From: Escherichia coli
Lineage (GTDB): Bacteria > Pseudomonadota > Gammaproteobacteria > Enterobacterales > Enterobacteriaceae
NCBI RefSeq assembly: GCF_003334405.1
Contig: NZ_QOWM01000018.1
Reading direction: 5' to 3' (one strand)
Length of the DNA: 64,000 nucleotides
The notes under the pieces were generated by a model. It did not search any database and had not been told where the DNA came from. It saw only the letters and a program-made list of their open reading frames with translations. Shown here piece after piece: positions 1 to 10,088 of the stretch. Both the position numbers and the translations under genes were made by a program. Each line of letters begins with the position of its first letter. Position 1 is the stretch's first letter.

Positions 1-857
1 ATCGTCTGCAGGAATTCCGCAATATCAATGCAGATGCTCAGGTAGGTGTATCAGCTGTAGCAGCCATGGCAAATGACACTCTGCCGTTTGCCCTTATGGT
101 CAAGTCTTACGGAACTGTCAGCGTAAACGGAAAAGTAAACGATGCAGACCTGGATTATCTGGACAAAGTTGCCAATGGAACAATTACCGACGTCGATAAG
201 AATGCCCTGACCTCACGCGCATTCGGGCGTGCAGCTGTAATTACCGACGTCGGAATTTCATTTGCCAAAGAACTGGAAACGGCCGGACAAAAATGGTCTC
301 TTGGCGTCACACCAAAATATCAGCGTGTGGACCTGTTTAACTACAACGTAACGGTTCGTGATTACGACAAAGACGATTTTGACGGTGACAAGTACCACAA
401 CACGAAAAACGGATTCAACGCCGATATTGGTGCTTATACAGACCTGAATGACAACTGGACTGTCGGTCTTGTTGCCCAGAACATCATTCCACGCAGTATT
501 GATACAAAAGTCGTCAATGGCTTTAAAGAAACCTTCAAAGTTCGTCCACAGGCAACCGCCGGTGTATCCTGGCATAATGACCTGTTTACCACTGCTCTTG
601 ACGTTGATCTGACTCCTGCCAGTGGCTTCACTTCTGACAGCAAACGTCAGTTTGCAAGTGTTGGTGCTGAATTTAACGCATGGAAATGGGCGCAATTGCG
701 TGCCGGTTATCGTCAGAACATGGCATCAAACTCCGGAAGCGCCTTCACCGCTGGCGTTGGTATCTCTCCATTTGACGTCGTACATATCGATGTTTCCGGC
801 CTGGTAGGAACTGACCACGATTACGGTGCAATGGCACAACTTCAGTTCACTTTCTGA
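1..857 (+). CDS. traF: Conjugal transfer protein, 5'-truncated by window edge; beta-barrel-like C-terminus ending QFTF (TraF position)
   Basis: Reading frame is open from position 3 upstream of the first ATG at 66; C-terminal aromatic residue typical of outer-membrane proteins; position upstream of traG-traH in R64-type order. Confidence 0.4.
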   Translation, partial: RLQEFRNINADAQVGVSAVAAMANDTLPFALMVKSYGTVSVNGKVNDADLDYLDKVANGTITDVDKNALTSRAFGRAAVITDVGISFAKELETAGQKWSLGVTPKYQRVDLFNYNVTVRDYDKDDFDGDKYHNTKNGFNADIGAYTDLNDNWTVGLVAQNIIPRSIDTKVVNGFKETFKVRPQATAGVSWHNDLFTTALDVDLTPASGFTSDSKRQFASVGAEFNAWKWAQLRAGYRQNMASNSGSAFTAGVGISPFDVVHIDVSGLVGTDHDYGAMAQLQFTF

Positions 858-916
858 TTACTGTCCCCGCCCCCGGCACTAAACCCGGGGGTATTTTTAT
901 ATTCAGTTTAAATAAC

Positions 917-1501
917 ATGATGAAACCACGTTCCTCTTATTCAAAGACAGCATTCATTCTTTTATTTTCTGTTTTCCTGGTAGCTGCAGTGACAAAAGCA
1001 AAAAGCTCGCTTCCCGATATCACCCTGGAACAGGCAAAAGAAATTAATGCTGATAACACCGTTATTTTCCTTTTCCGCCATGGAGAACGTTGCGACCGTT
1101 CAGATATGCCCTGCTATTCGGATAAGAGCGGAATCACTATTACCGGTACAGAGAAAGCACAGCAGGAAGGTATTAAGTTCGCAACAATCTTCAGTAAATA
1201 TGATATTTACTCCAGCAATGCAGTAAGAACCATACAAACTGCAAAATTCTTCTCCGGTAAAGAACCCGTCGTTATGGACAGTTTATCAGACTGCAATAAT
1301 GATCTTTATAAGACGCTTGAATCAATCGCAAGAGAATCTCATAAAAGGAACATAGTAATAATGACACATAATCATTGTTTATCATTTCTGGCCAGAGACA
1401 GGCTCGGCAAGAAATTCAAACCGGCGTACCTTGATGCCCTGATCATGCATTACGATGGTACCCGGCTCATACTTGACGGAAAATACAACAAAGAGGCATA
1501 G
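917..1501 (+). CDS. traG: Secreted histidine-phosphatase-superfamily protein (RHGE motif), TraG position
   Basis: N-terminal signal peptide (AFILLFSVFLVAAVTKA); LFRHGERCDRSD matches the RHG[EQ] catalytic signature of the histidine phosphatase/PGM superfamily; lower GC than neighbouring genes. Confidence 0.45.
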   Translation: MMKPRSSYSKTAFILLFSVFLVAAVTKAKSSLPDITLEQAKEINADNTVIFLFRHGERCDRSDMPCYSDKSGITITGTEKAQQEGIKFATIFSKYDIYSSNAVRTIQTAKFFSGKEPVVMDSLSDCNNDLYKTLESIARESHKRNIVIMTHNHCLSFLARDRLGKKFKPAYLDALIMHYDGTRLILDGKYNKEA

Positions 1502-1657
1502 AGGATATTTGAATTTACATAAATTCTGATATACTCAGTAAGATACAAGAGTGTACGGGCACATGTGCCTGTCTGAATTGCAGGTTATCCGGACGAGGGC
1601 CGGGAACTGTTTCAGGGACAAGCGCCGGTACATTCGATTCATAAATCGTCGAGTCAT

Positions 1658-1690
1658 CCATCATGGATCGATTCGGCGCGGAGCGTTAAA
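1658..1690. repeat. ~30-bp repeat, copy 1 (second copy at 63466-63500)
   Basis: CATCATGGATCGATTCGGCGCGGAGCGTTAAAG versus CATCATGCCTGGATCGCTTCGGCGCGGAGCGTTAAG. Confidence 0.4.
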
Positions 1691-1895
1691 GATTACGCTC
1701 ATATTCGTTTTATGTCTGACGACACATCAACCAGCCAGTATCAGGAATAATCACCTTCAGTAAACTATGAGGCTATTTACCTGGCCACACTGGCATTTAT
1801 TTCCGGTAACGCAAGTATAGCCGGAAACAAACATCATCCTGTCTGTACCGGAGCACCGGTATATCCCATTCTGATTTAACTGCTCAGGAATTATT

Positions 1896-2354
1896 ATGAA
1901 CCGTATTATACCTGCGGGGTGTCTTGCCGCCCTTTTTCTGGCTGGCTGCAACTCCCCTTCTCAGCATACTCCTGTTCCGCGTAACTACGGTGCTGCCTCT
2001 GATGTGGCGGTTACCCGGCACACTCAGTACACATTATGGGACAAAGGTGTGTTTTCCGGTCAACTTCCGGTTTCAACGGGGTCTCATCTTCTGACAGCTA
2101 ACAGCGATCGCCTTTCCTTTGACTGGGAAGGTGATGCGATTGAATTACTGAACGAACTGGCCAGAGTCAGGGGGATGCAGTTTAACTACAATGGTGTCCG
2201 CCTGCCGTTACCAGTCAACCTTCACGTCCGGGATATGACGTTTTCCAATACGTTGAGACTTATTGAAGCCCAGACAGCCTGGAGAGCAACAATCCATCAA
2301 TATCCGGGCCTGTTACAGGTCAGCTTCATGCAGCCGGAGAACCGGAAAAAATGA
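1896..2354 (+). CDS. traH: T4BSS lipoprotein TraH (DotD-like)
   Basis: Lipobox LFLAGC; 152 aa; stop/start overlap with traI; gene order. Confidence 0.65.
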   Translation: MNRIIPAGCLAALFLAGCNSPSQHTPVPRNYGAASDVAVTRHTQYTLWDKGVFSGQLPVSTGSHLLTANSDRLSFDWEGDAIELLNELARVRGMQFNYNGVRLPLPVNLHVRDMTFSNTLRLIEAQTAWRATIHQYPGLLQVSFMQPENRKK

Positions 2355-3169
2355 AAGCACTCACCTCTCTCATTTTGCCAGTAATACTGCTTACTGGTTG
2401 TTCTTCTTCCCCCACCATCTCGCCAGGTGGTGTCAATACGCCACCACCTGACATTAATGCATGGCTTAAACCACGAAGTGAAAAGCCGGATAGTCTGTCA
2501 GAAACCCGCTGGAAAATGCTGACCGACGCGGGTAAAACGCTTGGATTTCGTGGTGGCAAGGCTCAGCGTTCATGGGAGCTGATTCAGGCACTCAACGCCC
2601 GGGAAAGCACACTTAATGCCTTATACGATTTCCGGCCACTGATTAGCCCGGAAGGCTGGCTACCACCGGTTATTGATGAAGCACAGGACGTTGCTCATAT
2701 CACGCCAGATCAAATCCGGACCTCTTCCCGGGTCTGGACCATCATTCGCCCTGAACGCTTTGTCAGCAATCCACCGGGCTGGCGTGACTGGCTTCTCCGG
2801 GGGCTTTCAACAACAGCCACTCCGGGTACAGAAGGCAGCGTCGTTCCAGAAGACAGCGTGCAACGAAAAGTGTGGGAAACCGCATTACGGCAGGGATGGC
2901 AGGAAGGAAGACAAAACGCCGACCTGACGCTTGAAGCCAACCAGAAAACCCTCACCCGTGATTACCGGGGCATGATGCTGTACTCACTTCTCTGGCGTCA
3001 GGGCATGATCACCCGTCCGGATGTTTCTGATCAAATGCAAACCGTTACAGGTGACGGGAAAAAACTGGTCACTGGAGATCGTGTTCGTCGCCTTAAAAAT
3101 CATGCGGAATTCAATCTTCAGAAATCTCACTGGCGTCCGCTTATAGGCACTGAAGGAGGCTCCCGATGA
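2351..3169 (+). CDS. traI: T4BSS lipoprotein TraI (DotC-like)
   Basis: Lipobox LLTGCSS; 272 aa; overlaps traH stop and traJ start. Confidence 0.65.
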   Translation: MKALTSLILPVILLTGCSSSPTISPGGVNTPPPDINAWLKPRSEKPDSLSETRWKMLTDAGKTLGFRGGKAQRSWELIQALNARESTLNALYDFRPLISPEGWLPPVIDEAQDVAHITPDQIRTSSRVWTIIRPERFVSNPPGWRDWLLRGLSTTATPGTEGSVVPEDSVQRKVWETALRQGWQEGRQNADLTLEANQKTLTRDYRGMMLYSLLWRQGMITRPDVSDQMQTVTGDGKKLVTGDRVRRLKNHAEFNLQKSHWRPLIGTEGGSR

Positions 3170-4314
3170 ATACTCCTGATGAGTTTGGTCTTTTTCCGTT
3201 TCAGCGTTTCACTGCAGATGAACTACGGCATTTCTTTGTCTGGTGTGCCGCACATAAAGTCAGTGATGTGGATCTGACCGGTGGGTCGCCCGTATCTGTC
3301 AGTCGCTTTGGCCGACGGGTGCGTTGTTCCAGTGCAACGTTACCAACCACACTCATGTCCTCCCTGATTGATGAACTGTTCGGTCGGGAAGTCATTCCCC
3401 GCGTTCTGGCAGGCAATCCGGTTGACAGGACGATACAGATTAACGGGGATGCATCCGGGCGCTATGGTCTTAAACGCGGAGAACGCATCCGGTTACGCTC
3501 TCACCTCATTCAGGGCACATCTGGTGCGGAGGAGAAAGCAATCTCAATAACCATGCGTGTCATCCCGACAGAAATACCGGACATTCTCTCCATGAATATT
3601 GAACCAGACCTGCTTGAAGCAATGGTCTGCAAAAGCGGTCTGGGATTTGTATGTGGTGAAACCGGGTCAGGAAAATCAACGCTGTGTTCAGCACTGTACC
3701 GTTACATTATGGACAATTTCCCCGACGCCAAAATCGTGACATATGAAGACCCGGTGGAATATATCCTGGGAAATGAAAACGATCTGCTCCCACCGCATCA
3801 GGCAGAAATCGGGCGTGATGTGGTCAGTTTTGCTGCCGGACTGCGTTCTGCTGTACGACGTAATCCCGAAATTATCGGTGTTGGTGAGATCAGGGATAAC
3901 GAAACCGCCGACGCAGCGGTACAGGCAGGCAACACCGGGCATTACTGCCTGAGCACCATGCATACGAAATCTCCTGGTGAAACGCTGGCACGTCTTCTTG
4001 GGCTGTTTCCCCCTGTCATCAGGGATTCGATGGCCTGGGCTGTCCTGTCACTGTTGCAGTTCATTCTGGTTCAGGTTCTGGTCAGAACAAATGACGGTGG
4101 TCGTAAAGCCGTCCGGGAATATATCGTCATTAACGATGAGCTTCGCGACAATCTTTCCGGAATGCCACATGCAGAGTGGGGGCATCACATTGATGCCATA
4201 ATCCGGCAGGAGAAGCGCCGTATCCGGGACCAGATTCTGGAAATGTATATCCGGAATGAAGTTGACCGAAGAGAAGCGATTCTTTTTATCCCACCAGGGG
4301 AGTTACGGTCATGA
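3166..4314 (+). CDS. traJ: T4BSS ATPase TraJ (DotB/PilT-like secretion NTPase)
   Basis: Walker A GETGSGKST; 382 aa; PilT/VirB11-like overall pattern. Confidence 0.85.
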   Translation: MNTPDEFGLFPFQRFTADELRHFFVWCAAHKVSDVDLTGGSPVSVSRFGRRVRCSSATLPTTLMSSLIDELFGREVIPRVLAGNPVDRTIQINGDASGRYGLKRGERIRLRSHLIQGTSGAEEKAISITMRVIPTEIPDILSMNIEPDLLEAMVCKSGLGFVCGETGSGKSTLCSALYRYIMDNFPDAKIVTYEDPVEYILGNENDLLPPHQAEIGRDVVSFAAGLRSAVRRNPEIIGVGEIRDNETADAAVQAGNTGHYCLSTMHTKSPGETLARLLGLFPPVIRDSMAWAVLSLLQFILVQVLVRTNDGGRKAVREYIVINDELRDNLSGMPHAEWGHHIDAIIRQEKRRIRDQILEMYIRNEVDRREAILFIPPGELRS

Positions 4315-4601
4315 AAAGAGAAGGTTTCTGGCGATATGCAACACCGCCAGTCAACATCCAGGGCGTACCTCTGCCGTTCACCATGATTTATCTGTTTATA
4401 TGCCCCTTTCCCTCCAAAACAACCTTCTGGATTTGCACCGGCATCATTTTATTTTTCGTTATTCTCGACCGTTCAGGCTGGACTGTCAGGACTATCTGTA
4501 CACGCATTTTCAGCATTCTGAGAGGGGCCATCGCCTCCGGTCGTCCATGGTGGTATCGCCACCATACGGAATCACCACGAGACTGGACTGGCCTCGATTA
4601 A
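4311..4601 (+). CDS. traK: Small integral membrane transfer protein (TraK position)
   Basis: 96 aa, two hydrophobic segments, ATGA overlap with traJ stop. Confidence 0.45.
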   Translation: MKREGFWRYATPPVNIQGVPLPFTMIYLFICPFPSKTTFWICTGIILFFVILDRSGWTVRTICTRIFSILRGAIASGRPWWYRHHTESPRDWTGLD

Positions 4602-4615
4602 ATTCTGGAGTCTTT

Positions 4616-5167
4616 ATGTCAGGTAAAAAAACTATCGTTACTCTGCTCCGGGTATCGCTACTGGCATGCCCGTTACTGTTCACGACACCATCGTTTGCAA
4701 TGATCGACACGCCATCCGTGAAGGTCGGCTTTTCTCCTGAAGGAAGCGCATCCGCTCTGGTGCTTGACACAATCAACAGTGCGGAAAGCTCCATCAGGAT
4801 GATGGCATATTCCTTCACCGACCCGGATGTAATGCATGCGCTGGCAAAAGCGAAAAAACGCGGAGTGGACGTCCGTATTGTTGTTGATGACAAGGGGAAT
4901 ACGAACCGGGCAAGTCAGGAAGCGATGAAATATATCAACCTGCTGGACATTCCTCTGCGGACTGTAGATGCCTTCCCCATCCATCACGACAAAGTCATCA
5001 TTGTTGACGGAAACACGGTTGAAACCGGCTCCTATAACTTCTCTCGTGCTGCTGCACGCAAGAATTCAGAGAATGTCGTTGTGCTCAAGAATATGCCGGA
5101 TGTAGCCGCACAATATCTTGAACACTGGCAGGATCGCTGGAATAAGGGTACAGACTGGAGACCCTGA
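4616..5167 (+). CDS. nuc: Secreted phospholipase-D-family endonuclease (Nuc-like)
   Basis: Start at ATG 4616 with GGAG SD (track ORF 4256..5167 is over-extended); signal peptide; HKD motif HHDKVIIVD followed by GSYNFS. Confidence 0.75.
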   Translation: MSGKKTIVTLLRVSLLACPLLFTTPSFAMIDTPSVKVGFSPEGSASALVLDTINSAESSIRMMAYSFTDPDVMHALAKAKKRGVDVRIVVDDKGNTNRASQEAMKYINLLDIPLRTVDAFPIHHDKVIIVDGNTVETGSYNFSRAAARKNSENVVVLKNMPDVAAQYLEHWQDRWNKGTDWRP

Positions 5168-5256
5168 CAAACATTTCTCCCCCGGTTTTCTATCCCCCCA
5201 GCCACCCCCGGCTTCCGGCGGTGGTTTTTTTCCGTCTTTTTTCAGGAGAAGCACTC

Positions 5257-8200
5257 ATGCCGTCTGTATCCCGCTACCGCACCTGGCTTGCCGTGCCTGC
5301 AGATGAAATAGAAGATCTCAAAAAAGCACATCCCCCGATGAACGGGCACACGCCCGTCATCTGGGACAAGGAGCACAAACTCTGGTTCGCCCGCCCGGGG
5401 GCAGACCTGTCCAGGCTGGACCGCTGGCTGCCCCGGCCACAGGACGTCTCCATGAACGGCAGTGATCCGGTCACCGAGTTTGCCCAGGTTCTGGAGAATG
5501 CCGGACTGGTTCTGAAAGAACTGCCGGTCATGGACGGGAAAATCCACCGTGTCCCGACCGCCGATGACAAAAAAGGACAAAAAAGTGGCGCATATCGCGG
5601 CTTCCTGGACGGCAGACCTGCCGGCTGGTACAGGGATTATCGCAGCGCGGATGATTCGCCGATCACCTGGACCTTCTCCGGCGGAGAACAGACAGATCCC
5701 CGCGCAAGACTCCACCTGAAAGCGCATTCAATGCAACGCAGGGAGGACGCGGAGCGGGAACTGAAAGCACAGTACAACCGACAGGCCGCGTATGCCCGCC
5801 GCTATGTCAACAAATGGCCGCAGGCCACAGCACATGAATACCTGACCCGGAAAGGCATTCAGGCTGCACCGGGGGTGCGGGTAAACAACAAAAATGAACT
5901 GGTTATTCCCTTCAGTAACCGTAACGGCGCGATACGCTCTTACCAGCGTATTCCGGTCACCGGGGGGAAAGATGCCCGCATCCTGATAGATTCGGAGAAA
6001 ACCGGTAACTGGTTTGCGCTGGGCACACCGCGCAACGGTCAGCCGGTACTGTTTGCCGAGGGCTATGCCACTGCGGCCTCCCTGCACGAAGCCACGGGCC
6101 TTCCGGTACTGATGACGGTGGATGGAGGCAACATGATTGCCGTTGCCGAAAATGCCCGGCAAAAGTGGACGCAAAGCCCCTTTATCTTCTGTGCCGACAA
6201 CGATCATGCAATCCGGGTTAACAAAGGTATCGTCAGTGCAACAAAAGCCGCAGAACTGACAGGAGGAACGGTCATCTTTCCTGCGTTCACCGATGCCGAA
6301 AAAGCGCAGGGACTGACCGATTTCAATGACCTGGACGCCAGCCGGGGACGGGCCGCTTTTCAGCATGTCATCAACGCCCAGTTAGAACATATCGGGGTTT
6401 CCACCCCCAACAGTAACACCCCGGAAATCCGGGAGGCACTGGTGATCGGCAACCTCGTTTTTACACCGGTCCACACTGAGGAAAAAACCATGACTCCGAC
6501 AGAATATCCTGAAACATCACCCGATACAGGGCACAGCCATGACCAGGGACCTTCTCTGCCGTCCGCCACGCAGCAGGAACAACCAGCTGCTTCCAGCAGT
6601 AACATTGCTGATGAAACACAGTCATTTACCAGTCACGCCACTGAAAATAACGGCAAAGATGAGCGGCACGCTGATAACGTTCAGGCGCAAACGGAAAGCT
6701 CTGTAGTTCAGGACTCCCCTGCAGAATCACCGGCGTCCCCGGAAAGTACAACGGCGTCTGCCCCTGATGAACCCGCTCATCCGGCGGAACCTCCGGAAAA
6801 AGTTGTCTCGGTGGCCACAGATAAAGACTGGCGTGAATTTGAAGCCGAACTGTCACAACCGGAAAAAAACGAGTCACAACAGGAATCCGGCACTTCACCT
6901 GAAATACCGGCCCCTGCTGCCGCCCCCGCATCCCCTGAAGACAGTCCCTCATCTGAAACCATGAATGAATCAGCCGAGCCATCACCTTCCCCTGATGCAG
7001 TCAAAGAGGAAATGACCGTGATGACGGAGCCTGATGACAAACAAAGCACCGGAATATCCCCGGATACTCCCCGGGAAGAGGCGGTCAGCCATGTAACTGA
7101 AGACATTCCCCTTCAGCCAGAACCGTTCCTTCCTGAGTCAGATGGCCCTGAAGAATACGAAGACTACAGCGCATATCAGGAGCTGATGAACAATGAAAAT
7201 CCTGAGCATCTGCAGGAAAACAGTGATATGCCGTCGCAACCGGACACAGGCCACGTTCAGGCAGATGAGTCAGAACTTCAGACCACAACAGATACTGCAG
7301 AACCGGCTGTCCGGGATGAACCCACTCCGCAGCAACCTGTTCAGAGCACATCACCTTCTGATAATACTTCTTCGTTTCTCGACAAAGCGCGTGGCCTTTT
7401 TACGCGTAAAAAAACGGATTCACAGGCGCATGAGAACAGTGATCCCACGCCCTCACAGGAAACCACGACGACCACACCGACACCTGACAGTATTGTCTAC
7501 GCCCCGGAACGTTCTGATGCACAGATATCGCTCAACATAGACGAAATTCTTAAAGAGCTTGACTGGGAAAAACGAGCAGACAGAACCGTCCTGTACAAAC
7601 TGGATGGCAAACCTGCCTTCATTGACCGGGTAAACCGGCTGGAAATGGTCAACGGTGCCAGCAATGACGATCGCAGCGTTCTGGCCGCACTTGCTGTGGC
7701 CACCAAATTTTATGGGGGCGTCATAGAGCTGACGGGCAGTGATGCCTTTAAGCAAAAAGCAATGCAGTTGATTATCGAGCACAACATCGATGTCCGGATG
7801 AAATTGCCAGATCAACGGGCTGAACTAGAAAAATTACGCAAGGAAATGGCTGTCAGTAAGGATGCTGTTGTCACCCATCAGCCAACACCGGAACTTAACC
7901 GGAATATCCCTGAACAACCGGCTGTCCCTGACCCCGTTCAGGAAAAAGAAGCCACACAATCCCCGGCGTCCCCTGCTGCCCCTGAAGCATCAACCGTCAG
8001 CACCGCTCCTGCATCATCACCGGCTGAACCAGGCAAAACGGCAGATGCAGCACCAGGTGAAGAACCTCCAGGAAAACTTCGCCCGGGAGAGAGCGTGACT
8101 GCCGTACTGCACAATTTTGGTCGTGCTGAATATGCACCCGGCAAAGGAGAAAGTTTCTTTGTTGAGCTTAAAAACCGCAGTGGCAGCAAACTCTACTGGG

Positions 8201-9024
8201 GGGAACAACTGGAAAGTCTGGTCAAAAACCATCAGAAAGGTGACGTGGTGACACTGACACTTCAGAACCGCGAACAATTCATCCTCCCGGGAGAGCAAAA
8301 AGCACGTTTCCGGAATAAGTGGTCCATGGAGTCAGTTACCAACGGGATCTCGGTATCACATGATAATCCGGATAAAGGTCAGCGTATTCAGGCGATTCCG
8401 GTCGAAACCTTTATGAAAGTGGCTGCGCAAATCAGCCAGGGATGGCCGGAAGAGATGAAAGCGTTACGTATGCCAGAAAACGTCGGCTCACATCTGTTTA
8501 TCGGTGAAGACCGACATCCGGTCTCCGCGCCACAGAACGCGAATCAGGTAACAGAAATAACCAGTGCAGCCCCTGACAAGCTGACACCTGTTCTGGGATC
8601 AGTGGATAAGGATACGCGTGAACTCAACCTGTTACTTGTCCAGAGTGCCGATGAACATCTGCAGGGTGTGGTCCGGCTGAACGGCACATTGTATCCGGCA
8701 CTGGCCACCCCATCGGCCGACAACAGTCAGCTGGTTATCAATGCGCTGACCGACAAAGGTTTACGCTTTGCAGGTTATGGTGAAGCGGTAAACCACGATG
8801 CTGACAGCACGAATCGCCCCGCACCGGAGCTTATGCAGTTTCATCTGAAAACCCGGGAAGAACCGCTTTTTGCTGCTGTCTACACGCCGGAAAAACAACC
8901 TGATGCGTTGTACCGGAACCTGGGCTTCGAGCAGACATGGCAGCAGTGGTCCAACAGCCAAAAGCCGGAGGACAGGCAGGAAAAAACTCTGCATCAGGAT
9001 CTCTCCCACAGCCCCGGCCGATGA
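5257..9024 (+). CDS. sogL: Conjugative DNA primase SogL (TOPRIM primase N-domain, ~370-aa acidic P/S/T-rich linker, C-terminal domain)
   Basis: ATG at 5257 preceded by AGGAGA gives 1255 codons; primase-like N-terminus; position between nuc and traL; possible in-frame internal start for SogS near 6490. Confidence 0.8.
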   Translation: MPSVSRYRTWLAVPADEIEDLKKAHPPMNGHTPVIWDKEHKLWFARPGADLSRLDRWLPRPQDVSMNGSDPVTEFAQVLENAGLVLKELPVMDGKIHRVPTADDKKGQKSGAYRGFLDGRPAGWYRDYRSADDSPITWTFSGGEQTDPRARLHLKAHSMQRREDAERELKAQYNRQAAYARRYVNKWPQATAHEYLTRKGIQAAPGVRVNNKNELVIPFSNRNGAIRSYQRIPVTGGKDARILIDSEKTGNWFALGTPRNGQPVLFAEGYATAASLHEATGLPVLMTVDGGNMIAVAENARQKWTQSPFIFCADNDHAIRVNKGIVSATKAAELTGGTVIFPAFTDAEKAQGLTDFNDLDASRGRAAFQHVINAQLEHIGVSTPNSNTPEIREALVIGNLVFTPVHTEEKTMTPTEYPETSPDTGHSHDQGPSLPSATQQEQPAASSSNIADETQSFTSHATENNGKDERHADNVQAQTESSVVQDSPAESPASPESTTASAPDEPAHPAEPPEKVVSVATDKDWREFEAELSQPEKNESQQESGTSPEIPAPAAAPASPEDSPSSETMNESAEPSPSPDAVKEEMTVMTEPDDKQSTGISPDTPREEAVSHVTEDIPLQPEPFLPESDGPEEYEDYSAYQELMNNENPEHLQENSDMPSQPDTGHVQADESELQTTTDTAEPAVRDEPTPQQPVQSTSPSDNTSSFLDKARGLFTRKKTDSQAHENSDPTPSQETTTTTPTPDSIVYAPERSDAQISLNIDEILKELDWEKRADRTVLYKLDGKPAFIDRVNRLEMVNGASNDDRSVLAALAVATKFYGGVIELTGSDAFKQKAMQLIIEHNIDVRMKLPDQRAELEKLRKEMAVSKDAVVTHQPTPELNRNIPEQPAVPDPVQEKEATQSPASPAAPEASTVSTAPASSPAEPGKTADAAPGEEPPGKLRPGESVTAVLHNFGRAEYAPGKGESFFVELKNRSGSKLYWGEQLESLVKNHQKGDVVTLTLQNREQFILPGEQKARFRNKWSMESVTNGISVSHDNPDKGQRIQAIPVETFMKVAAQISQGWPEEMKALRMPENVGSHLFIGEDRHPVSAPQNANQVTEITSAAPDKLTPVLGSVDKDTRELNLLLVQSADEHLQGVVRLNGTLYPALATPSADNSQLVINALTDKGLRFAGYGEAVNHDADSTNRPAPELMQFHLKTREEPLFAAVYTPEKQPDALYRNLGFEQTWQQWSNSQKPEDRQEKTLHQDLSHSPGR

Positions 9025-9041
9025 GCCGGTAAGGAAGCCAT

Positions 9042-9389
9042 ATGAACATGCATAAGTCTCTGGTTGCCGTGCTCGGCCTTATCCTGATTTCATCCACGGC
9101 AAGTGCTGCAACCTGTCGTGCGGGTAGCGCGGCACAGGCCGGTAGTAATACAGGATATGAGCGAGCACGTGCAGCTGCGGATGCATGGTCACAACGTGAA
9201 AACGATGTTTCCTCATCCCTGCAGTCCTGTCTGTCACGAATCAAAAAAATCAGCATAAACCTCCCCCAGTTCCCCAGCCTTGACGACATTCTGTCGCAGC
9301 TGGAAAACCAGGTCTGCGACGCGGTCGTGGACAAGGTGAATGAAAAGCTGCCGGGGAATATTGATCCCTGGAAGGACTACAACCTATGA
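9042..9389 (+). CDS. traL: Transfer protein TraL (secreted, signal peptide)
   Basis: Signal peptide; gene order and count between sogL and traU fit traL-traT (9 ORFs). Confidence 0.5.
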   Translation: MNMHKSLVAVLGLILISSTASAATCRAGSAAQAGSNTGYERARAAADAWSQRENDVSSSLQSCLSRIKKISINLPQFPSLDDILSQLENQVCDAVVDKVNEKLPGNIDPWKDYNL

Positions 9390-10078
9390 CCGAAAATACC
9401 GAGCCATCCTCGCCATCACATCCGGCACCTGACCCGGAAATACTGAAGAGCACAATCAGGGCTATGAAGCAGTCAGAACAGCGGGCAAATAATGTCCCTG
9501 CGCTGATAAAAGCGCTTTTATGTACGGGCACATGTCTTCTTGTCAGTATTACTGGTAACGCCATTCAGTACTGGCACTCAACGAATGTGGAGCGCGAATA
9601 TTTCGCTACAGACAATGGTCGTCTGGTCAGGCTGGCACCAACAAGTCAGCCAGCATGGAGTCAGAATGATGCAATGGCCTTTGGCAGCCAGGCACTGGCG
9701 ACCGCATTCAACCTGGATTTTGTGCACTATCGTTCACAGATCTCCTCCCTGTCTCCGCGTTTTTCTGACGAAGGTTTTGTCGGATATGTGAATGCATTAC
9801 AGGCATCTAACATTCTGGAGACGATCAAGAAAGAGAAGATGAATCTGACCGCCACGACAGGTGCTGGCGTTCTGGTACGACAGGGACAAATGTCCGACGG
9901 CGTATGGTTCTGGACATTCCAGTATCCTGTCCGTATGCGTCTGGTCGGCCAGACAACCAGCAAGCCAGAACAGTCTTTTGTTTTCGAAATCACCATCCAG
10001 CGTGTTGACCCCAGACTGAAACCATCCGGTATGGAAATCCGGCAGATGATCTCCCGTAACGCCGGACCGAACTCCTGA
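9386..10078 (+). CDS. traM: Transfer protein TraM (membrane anchored)
   Basis: Overlapping start with traL stop; single N-terminal TM segment; gene order. Confidence 0.5.
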   Translation: MTENTEPSSPSHPAPDPEILKSTIRAMKQSEQRANNVPALIKALLCTGTCLLVSITGNAIQYWHSTNVEREYFATDNGRLVRLAPTSQPAWSQNDAMAFGSQALATAFNLDFVHYRSQISSLSPRFSDEGFVGYVNALQASNILETIKKEKMNLTATTGAGVLVRQGQMSDGVWFWTFQYPVRMRLVGQTTSKPEQSFVFEITIQRVDPRLKPSGMEIRQMISRNAGPNS

Positions 10079-10088
10079 GATAAGTAAT

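Noticed and set aside
258-695. Antisense and alternate-frame track ORFs inside well-supported tra, sog, nik and leading genes (for example 258..695, 5242..5727, 5728..6366, 15493..15711, 31103..31438)
   Set aside because: They overlap genes with strong operon, motif and size support, lack ribosome-binding sites and have biased composition; treated as frame artefacts.
4256-5167. 303-aa track ORF spanning the traJ 3' end, traK and nuc
   Set aside because: Over-extended upstream from an early Met; the biologically sensible gene is the signal-peptide-bearing PLD nuclease starting at ATG 4616 with an SD.
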